The translations under genes were made by a program, and so were the position numbers. The notes beneath the pieces were generated by a model that saw only the letters and a program-made list of their open reading frames with translations, was not told the DNA's origin and did no database searches. A stretch of 64,000 bases of DNA, from contig OZ024762.1 in assembly GCA_964016885.1 (NCBI GenBank), forward strand, positions 24,738,001 through 24,802,000, written 5' to 3'. Of the stretch, positions 1 through 13,350 are shown piece after piece; the stretch's first letter is position 1, and each line of letters begins with the position of its first letter. This DNA is from Eledone cirrhosa. Its lineage: Eukaryota.

Positions 1-146
1 GAGAGAGAGAAAAAAAAGATAGGTGATACATATATTTTTAGTTGCCAATAGTTTGTGCAAGTGTGCTCAATACTCGTGCCTACACGGTTAAATATTAGAA
101 GCGTTAATATTTAGTGGGCGAGAAAATAAGCAGAGCGGTTACGAAA

Positions 147-456
147 GAAATGAATAAAAAGGAGTAAAAACCGTTAAAACATGTTTATATAACAATGCAC
201 CTACGTATGTTTTGGAGGAACAAGATTATTCAAGCACCGGACAGAGTTGCTCCCCTCTTCTCTGTGACAATAACAACACATGTACTCAAGTGAAGAATGA
301 ATTCCGATGTGAATTTAACCTTAAAGCCCCTCCTGGATCGCGTACTGATCATTTTTTTGTTTTCTATGCCACTGAGAAGCCCGTTCTGGGCGAAACGTAC
401 GTAGGTACATTGTTATATAAACATGTTTTAACGGTATATACTCCTTTGTATTCATT

Positions 457-460
<4 letters not shown>
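147..460 (+). mobile_element. Short Penelope-like pLTR remnant with 5' inverted arm (147-212 inverts 393-458)
   Basis: GAAATGAATAAAAAGGAGT...CACCTACGTATGTTT is the near reverse complement of AAACGTACGTAGGT...TTCATTTC; contains an HHR-like motif; ends in (TA)n. Confidence 0.65.
365..409 (+). ncRNA. Degenerate type-I hammerhead ribozyme (core CUGAGAA, G8 altered)
   Basis: tatgcca-CTGAGAA-gcccg ttc tgggc-GAAA-cgtacg-TA-ggtaca; palindromic helix III. Confidence 0.5.
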
Positions 461-535
<75 letters not shown>

Positions 536-665
536 AGTTAAGCAAAACAAGAGCACAAATTTCACAAGGAAGACATTATTAAAAGATTGTCAACATATTT
601 TAGTTTGATGTAAGGAATGTAGAGCATAATAATAATAATATTAATAATAATAATGATGTCCGTTT

Positions 666-714
<49 letters not shown>

Positions 715-757
715 ATATATATATAAATATTTAAAGTATATTAAACAAAACAATATA

Positions 758-807
758 ATTACCTCATTACCAGAGGTTTAAATAAACCTCTGGTAATGAG
801 GTAATTA
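758..807. repeat. Perfect hairpin of about 23 bp (imperfect extension to about 745-822) between TA arrays
   Basis: AATTACCTCATTACCAGAGGTTTA-AA-TAAACCTCTGGTAATGAGGTAATT. Confidence 0.85.
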
Positions 808-833
808 AATTGTATTGTTTATTATACATTAAA

Positions 834-877
<44 letters not shown>

Positions 878-922
878 CATATATTTATACATACGTATAT
901 ACATACATACATATATACATAT

Positions 923-954
<32 letters not shown>

Positions 955-1213
955 GCAGAAGTTATATTTAATTTGTTGGGATTCCAACAAGCTTAACAGT
1001 TTATACCTTATATAAAGCAATCAACAGACTCTGGAGTAAATATTCAATATATTAATAAATGGATACTATATTTATAGACCAATAATTATTTTATTATATA
1101 TATTTCAAGGGCAACCAAAGCAGTCTTATATAATATAATATAATAAAATATTATATATATATAATAAAATTATTATGGTTTTATAAATATAATTTCCATT
1201 TATTAATATATTG
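955..1213 (-). mobile_element. Family A mini-PLE, degenerate copy (HHR mostly deleted) with short inverted arm
   Basis: Homologous to 1992-2265, 12340-12784 and 14086-14360; inverted TTTCCATTTATTAATATATTG at 1193-1213. Confidence 0.65.
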
Positions 1214-1281
<68 letters not shown>

Positions 1282-1307
1282 GTATTTATATATATATATA
1301 TATATAT

Positions 1308-1915
1308 GGTGGTTGCCAACTAGTTTTCGAGTACGGCCACTATTTTATATCCATGTAGGAGAACTCCTACCGATGCGCTGAACGAGTGTGGCTTTTTAGT
1401 CCAGCCAGCGACTTGAAAACTCTGGTACAAACACTACACTTGTGACCACTATTGACACATAGTGCTGGGCCCATGGTACCATGTGATGACAAGTGCAGAG
1501 AGATCTCCAGATATAAAGCAATGCCTGTGCTGTGAAGCTTTTATAGTGAGCAAAGGCACTGCACAAAGCCAGTCCCACTCTCTTAATCAAGATGATATTT
1601 ACCAAAAATAAGAACAAGTCAACATCATTGGATACCATTAGGGTTGCAAGTGTTATATCAGAGTTTTCCTCGTCCTAGAATTCTGCCTTGACAAAGGGTA
1701 AGGGGTCATCTTTCCCGCTGATTTTGGATGGCCATTGACTCTTAAGAGCTCCTTTGCCCTTTGACAGGTTTTGTTTTTAGTCCTGCAGGATGTCCAAAGT
1801 CACCCACCTCACTAAGAAACCTTGGTCGGGTTGCCAGTTTAGTCGCCAACGACCCGACCATGAGACAGGTTGTACTGGGATACATGTTACCAGTAGCACC
1901 AACTGGTAACCTGAC
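1308..1915 (-). mobile_element. Non-coding RTE-like element (5'UTR-like), copy 1
   Basis: About 500 bp highly similar to 14648-15156; minus strand has CTAGGACGAGGAAAACTCTGA (copy 2: CTAGGAGAAAGAAAACTCTGA), resembling RTE/Expander 5'UTRs; flanked by microsatellites. Confidence 0.55.
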
Positions 1916-1991
1916 ATACATACATAGATACATACATACATAGATACATACATACATATACATACATCCATATATACATATATATATATAT

Positions 1992-2265
1992 AAGCAAAAG
2001 GGATATTCAATTTGTTGGTAATTCAACAAATATAAATGTTTATAACTGATTCAAAGCACTCGACAGATTTCTGGAGTATAATATTCAATGATAAATGGAA
2101 ACTATATTTATGAAACCATATTTATTCTATTATATATATTTCAAGGGTACCAAAACTTTGGTACGCTCTCATCAGATAAAATACAAAGTTTTGTTTTATA
2201 AATTTTGACATAACCAGGAAGAAGATCTTCACGGTTTATGTTTTTCCATTTATTTAATATCATTG
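1992..2265 (-). mobile_element. Family A mini-PLE with HHR and short inverted arm (2243-2265)
   Basis: Near-identical to 12530-12784 in reverse; TA arrays on both sides. Confidence 0.75.
2125..2181 (-). ncRNA. Type-I hammerhead ribozyme (family A)
   Basis: ttttat-CTGATGA-gagcgtaccaaa gt tttggtaccctt-GAAA-tatata-TA-atagaa; all three helices close. Confidence 0.85.
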
Positions 2266-2396
2266 TATATATATATATACATATATTTATATACATATAC
2301 ATACATATATACATATACATACATATACATATATACATATATATACATATATATATATATATACATATACATACATATACATACATATACATACAT

Positions 2397-2429
<33 letters not shown>

Positions 2430-2513
2430 TATACATACATATACATATATTACATATATACATATATATATATATATATATACATATACATACATATACA
2501 TACATATACATAT

Positions 2514-2562
<49 letters not shown>

Positions 2563-2995
2563 TATGTACTTAATACATACGTACGTACATACATATACAC
2601 GTACGTACATAAATATACACATGCATACACACATGCATACATACGTACGTATGTTCACACATACACACACACACATATATCTATATGCATACACACATAC
2701 ATACATACACACACAGACGTGTGTGCGTGTATATACCACGCTATGTATATTAAACATGCACTCACACGTGCACATATCTGTGTTATATTGCATACTCTAT
2801 GTATATTAATATATATGGTCTCACGCATACGTATAACTATAACACACTCACACACACACAAAATGCATACATATAACAATTTTGAAAATACACACACACA
2901 GACAGACAACCGCACACACAGACAGACAAACGCACACAGACCCACACGCACAAAATGCATAGATATAACAATTTTGATAATACACAAAGAGAGAG

Positions 2996-3026
<31 letters not shown>

Positions 3027-3077
3027 ACATACATATACCAAGTTCGAGAAGACACACACACACAGACAGACAGACAC

Positions 3078-3110
<33 letters not shown>

Positions 3111-3120
3111 TACACACACA
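2266..3120. repeat. Compound (TA)/(TACA)/(CA)/(CAGA) microsatellite
   Basis: Direct inspection. Confidence 0.95.
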
Positions 3121-3699
3121 AAATGTGTACATTTAACAAATTCGAGATGTGTTTGTTTTTTTAAATTCTATTTTCCATTGCAAAGAGACCTCACCTCATA
3201 ACAACTTCCATTTATGTTTATCTGATTGAATACGTGATTCTCATACGTAAACCTGAATTTCTTCCCCGCCAAATTATAATGCTTAAAATGATCGCAGAGC
3301 AATTTCTTGAAATTGAGAAGAGTTTAACGAGAAAATCTCACGTGGTTACAACTGACTTATCTGCAAATGGCGGAAGCCTCTACGCGATCGCTCGATTTTG
3401 TAAAAAATATCTACCAACTCGCCTTCTAATCCCACCCCACTGTAAAGCTGGACTGACTTAACTTTAAGCTAAATAAACTATAGCTTAAGGCCACCCTACC
3501 TCGGGGCCTCATAGCATTTATAATTCAAAATTCAATAAGAGCCACGATTAATATAATTGTTGTTTATTTATACAGAACGAACGTTTCTATGCAGCCAGAA
3601 TATTTCACCAATGTTTGAGAAAAGCTGAAAATTATCTGTTAAATAACTCCGCCATAAATGCTTTACTCCAAGCCGCTGGTTGGATTAATATTAATCCTT

Positions 3700-3945
3700 G
3701 GTCTCACAGAAATTTTAATTATATATTTATACCACATGAATGGACCTGTTATTTTCATCTAAAGACATTTGTTTCCCAATTCCAACCCGCCTGTCCCTTC
3801 AATCTATCTTATTCCTCATTCTTTCTTCTGATGAGGGACTAGTGTCCGAAATGTGAAGATCCTCTTCCTGCTATTTCAAGCGTTAACCTAATATATTCCT
3901 TCCATATACTGTACCGATCGTGTTGTTATTTCTGTTTACCTTTTA
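3700..3945 (+). mobile_element. Family C HHR-bearing pLTR remnant
   Basis: Related to 30390-30600 (-), 31690-31890 (+) and 31915-32110 (-); ends at (CA)n. Confidence 0.55.
3824..3859 (+). ncRNA. Minimal hammerhead ribozyme, partly degenerate (family C)
   Basis: tctt-CTGATGA-g-ggac tagt gtcc-GAAA-tgtg-aaga; helix III decayed from ACGTC seen in sister copies. Confidence 0.6.
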
Positions 3946-3990
3946 CACACACACACACACTCACACAAACACACACACATATATATATAT

Positions 3991-4194
3991 AGGAAAAGAG
4001 TCAGCACACCGACGGCTGAGCTCTGGCCATTTCGACAGCCAGATCCGAACTGCTGGGTTACTTCGAATCTAGCTGTCGAAACGGCCGGAACTCAGCCGTC
4101 GGGGTCTGACTCTTTTCCCATTACCCACTCTACTACTCTAAGTATCGAGTACTCTGGTGCGTTATGGTCCATCTGGTTTCTTACCACACTTTGT

Positions 4195-4196
<2 letters not shown>
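3991..4196 (+). mobile_element. Family D fold-back mini-element carrying the 3' half of an HHR
   Basis: Arms 3991-4058 and 4063-4118 inverted; GTCGAAACGGC...GCCGTC-GGGG; homologous to 36719-36905 and 38050-38268. Confidence 0.7.
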
Positions 4197-4942
<746 letters not shown>

Positions 4943-5005
4943 GCAGCCAGCTTTGAATGGGACCAACCATATAAACTTTCATATCTGAAGAAGTGTCGAG
5001 TAAGG

Positions 5006-5972
5006 CAGTGGTCGCCAACCTTTCTAAAACCGAGGAACCCTCTAAATATTTTGAATTCTTCACGGAACCTATACAATACAAAACTTTTCAAAAAAAAATA
5101 ATAAAGTATTTATTTATTTTAGTGAACTTACGTTGTGAGAACAGCGAACTGACCCAGTCTCTCGGCTGAGAGACCTCGCTGAACTGAAGTTTTCAGTTTA
5201 AAGTTATGCTGTCACCGACCAACATTTACTTGTTTGTGATTGGTCAATTTCTAAGTTCAATTAGTGTATTGTCAGTAGTAGTCAAATTCTCGGAATTCAG
5301 AAAACTATGTCTTTCCAAGAATAATAATAATGAAATTATTGTGTAAAGTGCTCAGGTGCACTACAACTCGTCAAAGGTGTATGTATAGTACATAAAATAA
5401 TACACAAATGTCAGGGAAGTGAATATTGTATGAGTCATGGTATACATGTGTGTATGTGTATGGAGGGGGAACATTAGGTGTAGTGTTGGCGGAACTCGGG
5501 AAGCATGGAGGCCTTAAAGGATGCAGTGTCTCGACAGCTAACAACCGATGCAGGCAGTTTGTTCCATGCTTCAGCAACTCTGAGCGTGAAAAAATGTTTC
5601 CGAAAGCATGGGAACTCTGCTGTTTTCTGACTTTGTGGGCATGCCCACGTGTGTTAGACACATGGAAATCAAAAAATTGATGTGAATTGATGTGAAATTG
5701 AAAGTATTCAATTTCCACGAATCTTAGAACAGTGTTTTTCTGCTAATTCAAGAGAAAACTGAAAGTAGTGTTTTCCACAAATTGGAGTGGAGAACCTGTG
5801 TACACTACAATAGTACTTGTTCATTTATGCATTGCACCTTTGTCATTTTCTTTGCACCTTTTTCAGAAAACCCAAAATATTAATGGTAATGTAAATATTT
5901 ATTTTTTTAAAGAACCCGGAGTTTGTTTTACGGAACACCAAGGTTCCGCGGAACCCATGTTGGCGACCACTC
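5006..5972. mobile_element. Non-autonomous hAT DNA transposon (MITE)
   Basis: TIRs CAGTGGTCGCCAAC / GTTGGCGACCACTC; perfect 8-bp TSD GAGTAAGG at 4998-5005 and 5973-5980. Confidence 0.9.
5321..5705 (-). mobile_element. CR1-clade LINE 3' end nested in the hAT MITE
   Basis: Frameshifted ORF2 C-terminus SNTRGHAHKVRK...FFTLRVAEAWNKLPASVV...ASFK, a 3'UTR and an (ATT)n tail. Confidence 0.8.
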
Positions 5973-6090
5973 GAGTAAGGGACGGGATCTGCTCGCCTGA
6001 TCAAACCCGAGCTGATTGATATAGAAACAAATATAAGCCTATACGTGATCCCCCGGTTTTATAGGAATATCTATCAATTCGCTCTCTAAT

Positions 6091-6578
6091 TGGCAGAGTA
6101 GTTAGAACGTCAGATAGAATGGCAGAGTCGTTAGAACGTCAGATAGAATGGTAGAGTCGTTAGAACGTCAGATAGAATGGCAGAGTCGTTAGAACGTCAG
6201 ATAGAATGGTAGAGTCGTTAAAACGTCAGATAGAATGGTAGAGTGGTTAGAACGTCAGATAGAATGGTAGAGTGGTTAGAACGTCAGATAGAATGGTAGA
6301 GTGGTTAGAACGTCAGATAGAATGGTAGAGTCGTTAAAACGTCAGATAGAATGGTAGAGTGGTTAGAACGTCAGATAGAATGGTAGAGTGGTTAGAACGT
6401 CAGATAGAATGGTAGTGTCGTTAGAACGTCAGATAGAATGGTAGAGTGGTTAGAATGTCAGATAGAATGGTAGAGTGGTTAGAACGTCAGATAGAATGGT
6501 AGAGTGGTTAGAATGTCAGATAGAATGGTAGAGTCGTTAGAACGTCAGATAGAATGGTAGAGTCGTTAGAATGTCAGA
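6091..6578 (+). repeat. 29-bp minisatellite (about 17 copies) derived from a SINE 5' head
   Basis: Unit GGTAGAGTGGTTAGAACGTCAGATAGAAT; resembles TGGCAGAGTCGTTAG A-box region; SINE core fragments follow at 6620-6840. Confidence 0.9.
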
Positions 6579-6884
6579 GAAAACTACTGTATTCAGACGT
6601 GGAAAGAGGAGATAGTACACTTTGCCTTTCATCCATTCCAGGTCAATAAGAAAAATACCAGTCAAATACTGGTGTCGATTCTTCTTCTATATTTCTTTCT
6701 CAATTCTTTTTTCTTACTCTTTCTATCCTTCTCTGGAACAAATCTACTGTATTCAGACCCGGAGAGAAGATGGTACACTTTACATTTCATCCACTCAAGA
6801 TCAATAAGAAAAGTACCAGTCATGTATTGGTGTCGATTCTTTCTCTATATTTCTTTCTCAATTCTTTTTTCTTACACTCTCTAG

Positions 6885-6995
6885 TCTTCTCTGGAAGAAA
6901 TCTGCAGTATTCAAGCCTGGAGAGGAGATGGGCTCCACCAGGTTTTAAAAAAGAAAATGCCTTAGAAACGCCGTATGTCAACATGGCGTCCACAC
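6885..6995 (+). repeat. Dispersed repeat (also 8570-8680 -, 10435-10515 -, and flanking 22190-23500)
   Basis: CTGGAAGAAATCTG...GATGGGCTCCACCAGG...AAACGCCGTATGTCAA shared. Confidence 0.7.
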
Positions 6996-8220
6996 GACTC
7001 CATACCATACCAATCACACCACACTGTTGTCGTAAAATGGAAGAACACTTAAGCTAACATATATTGTCGTAAATGCCATAAAGTAGAGATGATGGTCGTG
7101 ATTAGAACGTCTTTGATGATACGACTGCTCAATAAAGATTGACCCAAGGCTAACCACCAAGAACAATCACTGACAATAATTTAAAAAAAAAAATGTATTA
7201 GAAATCACATTTGATTTAACAATTGAATTTATCATTGTAATCTAATTTTCGGTTTTGAAAATTTTAGTGGAGAACCAATTCTTTTAATTTTTTTATTTTT
7301 TAGAAATTGCTGTTGTCTTGAAAATCCTAAATTCTCAAGGGATATCTAAGGAAAAAATAAAATAAATAATATATATAAAAAAATAAAGATAAAAATTTCA
7401 AACCTCTAAAAAAAAAAAAGGGCTTCGGTGATCAATAAGTTATAGTTGTTTCTACTTTTTGTTTTTTAATGAAAAGAAAACATTAAAAATGTTAAGAATG
7501 AAGAAAGAAAAAATATATAATAAAAGAAAAAATGATTAGCGAAACAACAACAACAACAACAACTACAGCAACAACTACTACAGCAACAACAACATCAACT
7601 AAAAATAAAATTAGTTGAGAACGTGTGGAAAATATTAAGACTGATTTTTTTTATCAATCTTAAAATTTTTTTCACGTTCTAATAAATTTATTCTTTTAAA
7701 TTTTCCGTCAATCATTTTTTTCGAGAGAAAGAGAGAGAGATAGAGAAGAGAGAGAACGAGATAGAGAGGGAGGGAGCGAGAGTGAGCGAGAGAGAGCGAG
7801 AGAGGGGGAGAGAGGGAGAGAAAGAAAGATGGCGCGGGAAAAGAGAGATAGAGAAAGAGAGTGAGAGAGAGAGTGAGAGAGAGTGAGTGAGAGAGAGAGA
7901 GTGAGAGTGAGAGAGATAAGGAGCGAGAGAGACAGAGAGAGAGAGGGAGAGAAAGAGGGAGGGAGAGAGGGGGAGCTAGAGAGAGGGAGCTAGAGAGAGA
8001 GAGAGAGAGGGAGCTAGAGAGAGAGGAAATGAAAATATTATTACAAGATGACTCATTGGCACAAAAAATGTCTTCGAGATTGAAAAGAATGAAGGTTTAA
8101 GTTAAAATTGGGATTATGTTCTAGGAATTGTCAGAGAACCGTCAATTATACATCCTCAGGAATATATCATTATTCCTATATACTCTGATACCAATCACCA
8201 CTAATCGAAGTCTAGTAATT

Positions 8221-8434
8221 GTTCTATTTTAGGCACACGGCCAACAATTTTGGAGGAGAAGAAAGTCGATTAAATCGACACCAGTACATTACTGGTACTT
8301 TATTTTATCGACCTCGTAAGGATGAAAGGCAAAGGTAACCTCGATCGGATTTGAACTCAGAACGTAAAGGGCCATAACTAAGTACTATAAAGCATTGTGT
8401 CCGACGCTCCTCTGATTCTGCCAATTCACCGCCC
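8221..8434 (-). mobile_element. tRNA-derived SINE with Meta/MESC-like core (octopus-type)
   Basis: GTTCAAATCC B-box followed by CTTTGCCTTTCATCCTTACG.GGTCGATAAAATAAAGTACCAG core. Confidence 0.85.
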
Positions 8435-9704
8435 ATAATCGAATTCTAATAATCTCCAACTGATTGTCTATTAACATAGGTCATCTGTCAATAGACAGAG
8501 ATCCTGTATCTTCAGTCAACTGAAAGCAATTGCTAATCTTCACCATGCATTGGTCCCTTATCATCCGAGGGAGCCCTAAGGGTGACGTATTGACATACGG
8601 CTTTTCTAGGGCATTTTAAAACCTGGCAGAGCCCAAGTCATCTCCAGTTCTGAATACAGAAGATTTATTCCAAGAGAAGCAATGAATCTGCAACCACCAA
8701 TCATCCTATATCACCAATCACACCACACCATCAACCAACATCATACTACATCCTAGACCACCAAACACCCTCCAGCACTGTACACCCCCCCATACACACA
8801 TCAACCCCCCACCCCACACCACCACCCTTCACCACCATATATACACCAGTCACAACTCTACAACTCTATATAGTTCTACACCATACATCACTCTACACCA
8901 CCCCACACCACCCTCCACACCCTCCACCACCACCACCCTACCCTCCACCACCATATATACACCAGTCACAACTCTACATCTCTACATACTTCTACAATAA
9001 TACTTTTCCCTTTATTGTAATCTGTCTCTGGAGAAAATCAGAAACTACGATTTAATAATAAATTGTTACAATTTTAGACGCAACAAAATTCATTGATTTC
9101 TATATTACCGATCACAATGTATTCCAAAGCTATCGATCTATTTTATGATTGCATCAATGTTATTTTCAAAGATACTAATTTTATTTATTTCATTTTATTT
9201 TATATTATTTTGTTTTATTTTTTTAACTTTTAGTTTTCCATCATTGTTGTTGCTGTTGTTGTTGGTGTTGGTTTGTTTATGAACTATTCTTTCCTACTTG
9301 GTATAATGTTAGATGTAAATCTATCTAGAACTATCTATCTATCTATCTCTCTATCTATCTATCTATCTGTATATCTATCTATCTATCTATCTATATATCT
9401 ATCTATCTCTCTCCCTACGTATCTGTCTATCTTTGTCTACCATCTATCTATCTATATCTCTGTTATCCATCTATCTCTCTGCCTATCTATAATCTATCTT
9501 AATTTTATATTTGTTATTTGTTTTCTTTACTCGCATTTTTGTGTGAACTCCCCCCATTGTACTTGTCCCACTTTTGATGCCCTGGTGGCAAATAAAAGAA
9601 ACATATCTATAAATCTATCCATCCACCTATTTATCTATTAATCCCTCTGTCTATCTACCTATGTGTTAACTATCTATCTGTCTGTCTCTCTCTCTCTCTG
9701 TATA

Positions 9705-9739
<35 letters not shown>

Positions 9740-9859
9740 ATAGTGCAACAAACACACTAACAAAAATCAATAAATGTTATTTTTTAAACGTGATTAGATG
9801 TAATAGATTATCGATTTTATTATATAGGGAAATATTAATGGGCAATCTATCATATTTGT

Positions 9860-9978
9860 TGATACAACAAAAACAACAACAACTACTACTACTATTACTA
9901 CTACTACTACTACTAATACTACAAAAACAACAATTACAATTAAACTTACTACTACTACCAATACCACCATCATCGTTG

Positions 9979-10018
<40 letters not shown>

Positions 10019-10312
10019 CAACACTACCACTGCTACTACTACTACCGCCACTACGACCATTACCAGTACTACTACTACTACAACTACTACCACTAATAAC
10101 ACCACCACCATTATTACTACCACCACCACCACCACCAATGCCACAATTACCACTACCCCTACTACTACCACTACCGCTACTACTACTACGACTTCCACCA
10201 CTATTACTACCATTACTACCACCACCACTACTACTTCCACCACTATTACTACCACTACTAACCCTACCACTACCACCACCACCACTACTACCACCATTAC
10301 CACCACCACCAT
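9860..10312. repeat. (CTA)/(CCA) trinucleotide microsatellite
   Basis: Direct inspection. Confidence 0.9.
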
Positions 10313-10614
10313 TCTACACGGTCATTTTATCTGCTAAAAACTGCAGTCAAATATCTTTCAAAATCATCGATTAATCTTAAAATCAATCAACCTCATCAAA
10401 CACAGTTCGATATAGTTAGTTATATTTTGTAACACCTGGTAGGGTTATAGGGGCACTGTACTGACATACAGCGTTTTAGGGGTAAGTTTTGTAAAACCTG
10501 ACATGATCTCTGCAAGAGAAAGAGAGAAAGAAAGAGACTAAGTCTAAAGTCTGTCTTAAGCCAGAGGGCTCGTGAGGCTGGTTTAATGGCGTGAAACGAC
10601 GGAGAGTACAAGAC

Positions 10615-11188
10615 TCCCCCTGGACAGGACGCCAGTCCATTGTAGGGTTAAACTCCCAGTTATCATTGTTACTTATTTTCAGTTGAGTATATTGGAGCAA
10701 CGTAAAATGAAATGTTTTGGTCAATAACACAACACGCAACCCAGCCCAGGAATCGAACCCACGATATTATGACCTAAGTCAAACACCCTTACCATTAGGC
10801 CACACTAGTTGATCGCAGAGTTAAACCCCCAGCTATTGCTGGTACACATCTTCCGCTGAGTATACTGGAGCAACGTGAAATGAAGTTTTTTGCTCAAGAA
10901 CACAACACGCAACCCAGCCCGGGAATCGAACCCACGACATTATGATCGTAAATCCAACACCCGTACCACTAGGTCACGCTAAATCCCCCCCCCACACCTC
11001 TGAATAGGACGCCAGTTCATCACAGGTTTAGACACCCAGCTATTGATGGTATTCATTTCCAGCTGAGTATACTGGAGCAACGTGAAATGGAGGGTTTTTC
11101 TTAACAACACAAAACGCAACTCAGCCCAGGAATCGAATCCACGACATTATGATCGTAAGTCCAACACCCTTACCACTAGGACACGCGC
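10615..11188 (-). mobile_element. Three tandem copies of a second tRNA-derived SINE
   Basis: GGCGCGTGTCCTAGTGGTAAGG A-box, GGTTCGATTCC B-box, TGTGTTCTTGAGCAAAAAACTTCATTTCACGTTGCTCCAG core, each repeated three times. Confidence 0.8.
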
Positions 11189-11249
11189 CCCCACAAGAGA
11201 GAAAAAGAATGAGTGATAGAAAGGAAGTGAGAAAGAAATATAGAGGAAT

Positions 11250-11392
11250 AATCGACCCCAGTATTCTATTGCTATTATTTTGTTGATTTCGAAAGGATTA
11301 AAGGCAAAGTTTACCTCAGTGAAATTGGAACTCAGGGCAGAGAGCCGGAACAAATACTGTATAACGATCTACCAGTCGTTCTAACGACTCTA
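11250..11392 (-). mobile_element. Degenerate Meta-core SINE
   Basis: AAAGGCAAAGTTTACCTC..GAACTCAG similarity to other copies. Confidence 0.65.
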
Positions 11393-12230
11393 GTTAGTTT
11401 ATAAATTAGATTCCTTAATACTTATCGTGCGAAACCATTTTAATGATTTGAGAGCTGATGAGTGCGAAGATATGTGTGTGTAAACTTGTCTTGTACATCG
11501 CCTTTATATATTTCCTCTTCTGGCCACTTATGTGCGCCAACAAACTACTCCTTGTCCCCCATCTTCTTTCAATCTTTTTCTATATATCATCTGCCTGTCA
11601 ACGACCTTGTAGATTGTCTCTCTAGTGACCCCTGGTCGCTGGTCTCTGTCCTCTGAGGACCTTTTGCCCGTAACTGTCTTTGACAGCATTTAGCTATTTT
11701 AACGGCTTTTCTAGCGATGAGTTTTCTCATTTTTTTTTATATGTATAATAAAAACAAAAGCAAAAACGATTTCTTTCCCGTTAAGGAATAGCTCTCTCGC
11801 TTGCTCTGATCAATCGACACGATCTCAGATTTTATTCGCTCGCCGAGTGGGTGGACCTCGTCAAATAGGACCAAGGAATCAATGTTTCCATTGGTCTTTC
11901 CATTGCTGATTCTATCTACCGGTGGAAACTCCTGGCAGAAGGAACAACATGGAACCACAAGATGAAGCGAGATTATATGAAATTATTAGAATGTAGATGA
12001 TGAACTGTTTGCAAAGAAAAGAAAAAAAAATGGCTACCCTGGCAATAAAGCGATGGTCTTCTGTAATCTCACGCAATATTAATAGTCGTGAACAGAATAG
12101 ATTAAAATAATCTTCGAGACTATTTAGTGAGATATACTTAAGTATTCATAATAGTTCCAACATAGGATAACAACAACCAACAACTCAAAGAAACGATTTA
12201 GGAAATGTCAGCTTCCAATAAATGGCATAA

Positions 12231-12341
<111 letters not shown>

Positions 12342-12385
12342 ATGATATTAAATAAATGGAAACTATATTTATAAAACCATATTTA

Positions 12386-12442
12386 TTCTATTATATATAT
12401 TTCAAGAGTACCAAAACTTTGGTACGCTCTCATCAGATAAAA
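12386..12442 (-). ncRNA. Type-I hammerhead ribozyme (family A)
   Basis: Reverse complement of TTCTATTATATATATTTCAAGAGTACC...GCTCTCATCAGATAAAA. Confidence 0.8.
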
Positions 12443-12587
12443 TACAAAGTTTGTTTTATAAATTTTGACATGACCAAGAAAAGATACCTTAACGGTTCAA
12501 GATTTCCTTTGTTAATATCCAAGGAAAACGTGAACCGTTAAGATATTTTGTCTTGGTCATGTCAAAATTTATAAAACAAACTTTGTA

Positions 12588-12644
12588 TTTTATCTGATGA
12601 GAGCGTACCAAAGTTTTGGTACCCTTGAAATATATATAATAGAA
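12588..12644 (+). ncRNA. Type-I hammerhead ribozyme (family A)
   Basis: ttttat-CTGATGA-gagcgtaccaaagttttggtaccctt-GAAA-tatataTA-atagaa. Confidence 0.85.
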
Positions 12645-12781
12645 TAAAAATGGTTTTATAAATATAGTTTCCATTTATTTAATATCATTGAATATTATAC
12701 TCCAGAAATCTGTCGAGTGCTCTGAATCAGTTATAAACATTTATATTTGTTGAATTACCAACAAATTGGATATCCCCTTTG

Positions 12782-12835
<54 letters not shown>

Positions 12836-12930
12836 TATATAAATATATATATATATATATATAAGTTCAATTACTAACACTTGTGTATATAAACATATAT
12901 ATATTAATTCAATGACTAAAACGAGTATGC

Positions 12931-13028
<98 letters not shown>

Positions 13029-13116
13029 ATATGTATATATATATGAATCAATTACTAAAACGACGTGTGTGTATATACATATATATATATTAGTTCAATG
13101 ACTAAAACGAGTATGC

Positions 13117-13175
<59 letters not shown>

Positions 13176-13294
13176 CGTGTGTGTGTGTGTTTATATGTAT
13201 ATATATATATATGAATCAATTACTAAAACGACGTGTGTGTATATACATATATATATATTAGTTCAATGACTAAAACGTGTATGCGTGTGTATGT

Positions 13295-13347
<53 letters not shown>

Positions 13348-13350
<3 letters not shown>

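Noticed and set aside
6091-6578. CRISPR-like periodicity
   Set aside because: No unique spacers; eukaryotic context
10615-11188. tRNA genes
   Set aside because: A/B boxes belong to SINE heads; no cloverleaf
11737-11958. Exon-like segment
   Set aside because: Part is homologous to the SINE-associated sequence at 32470-32530
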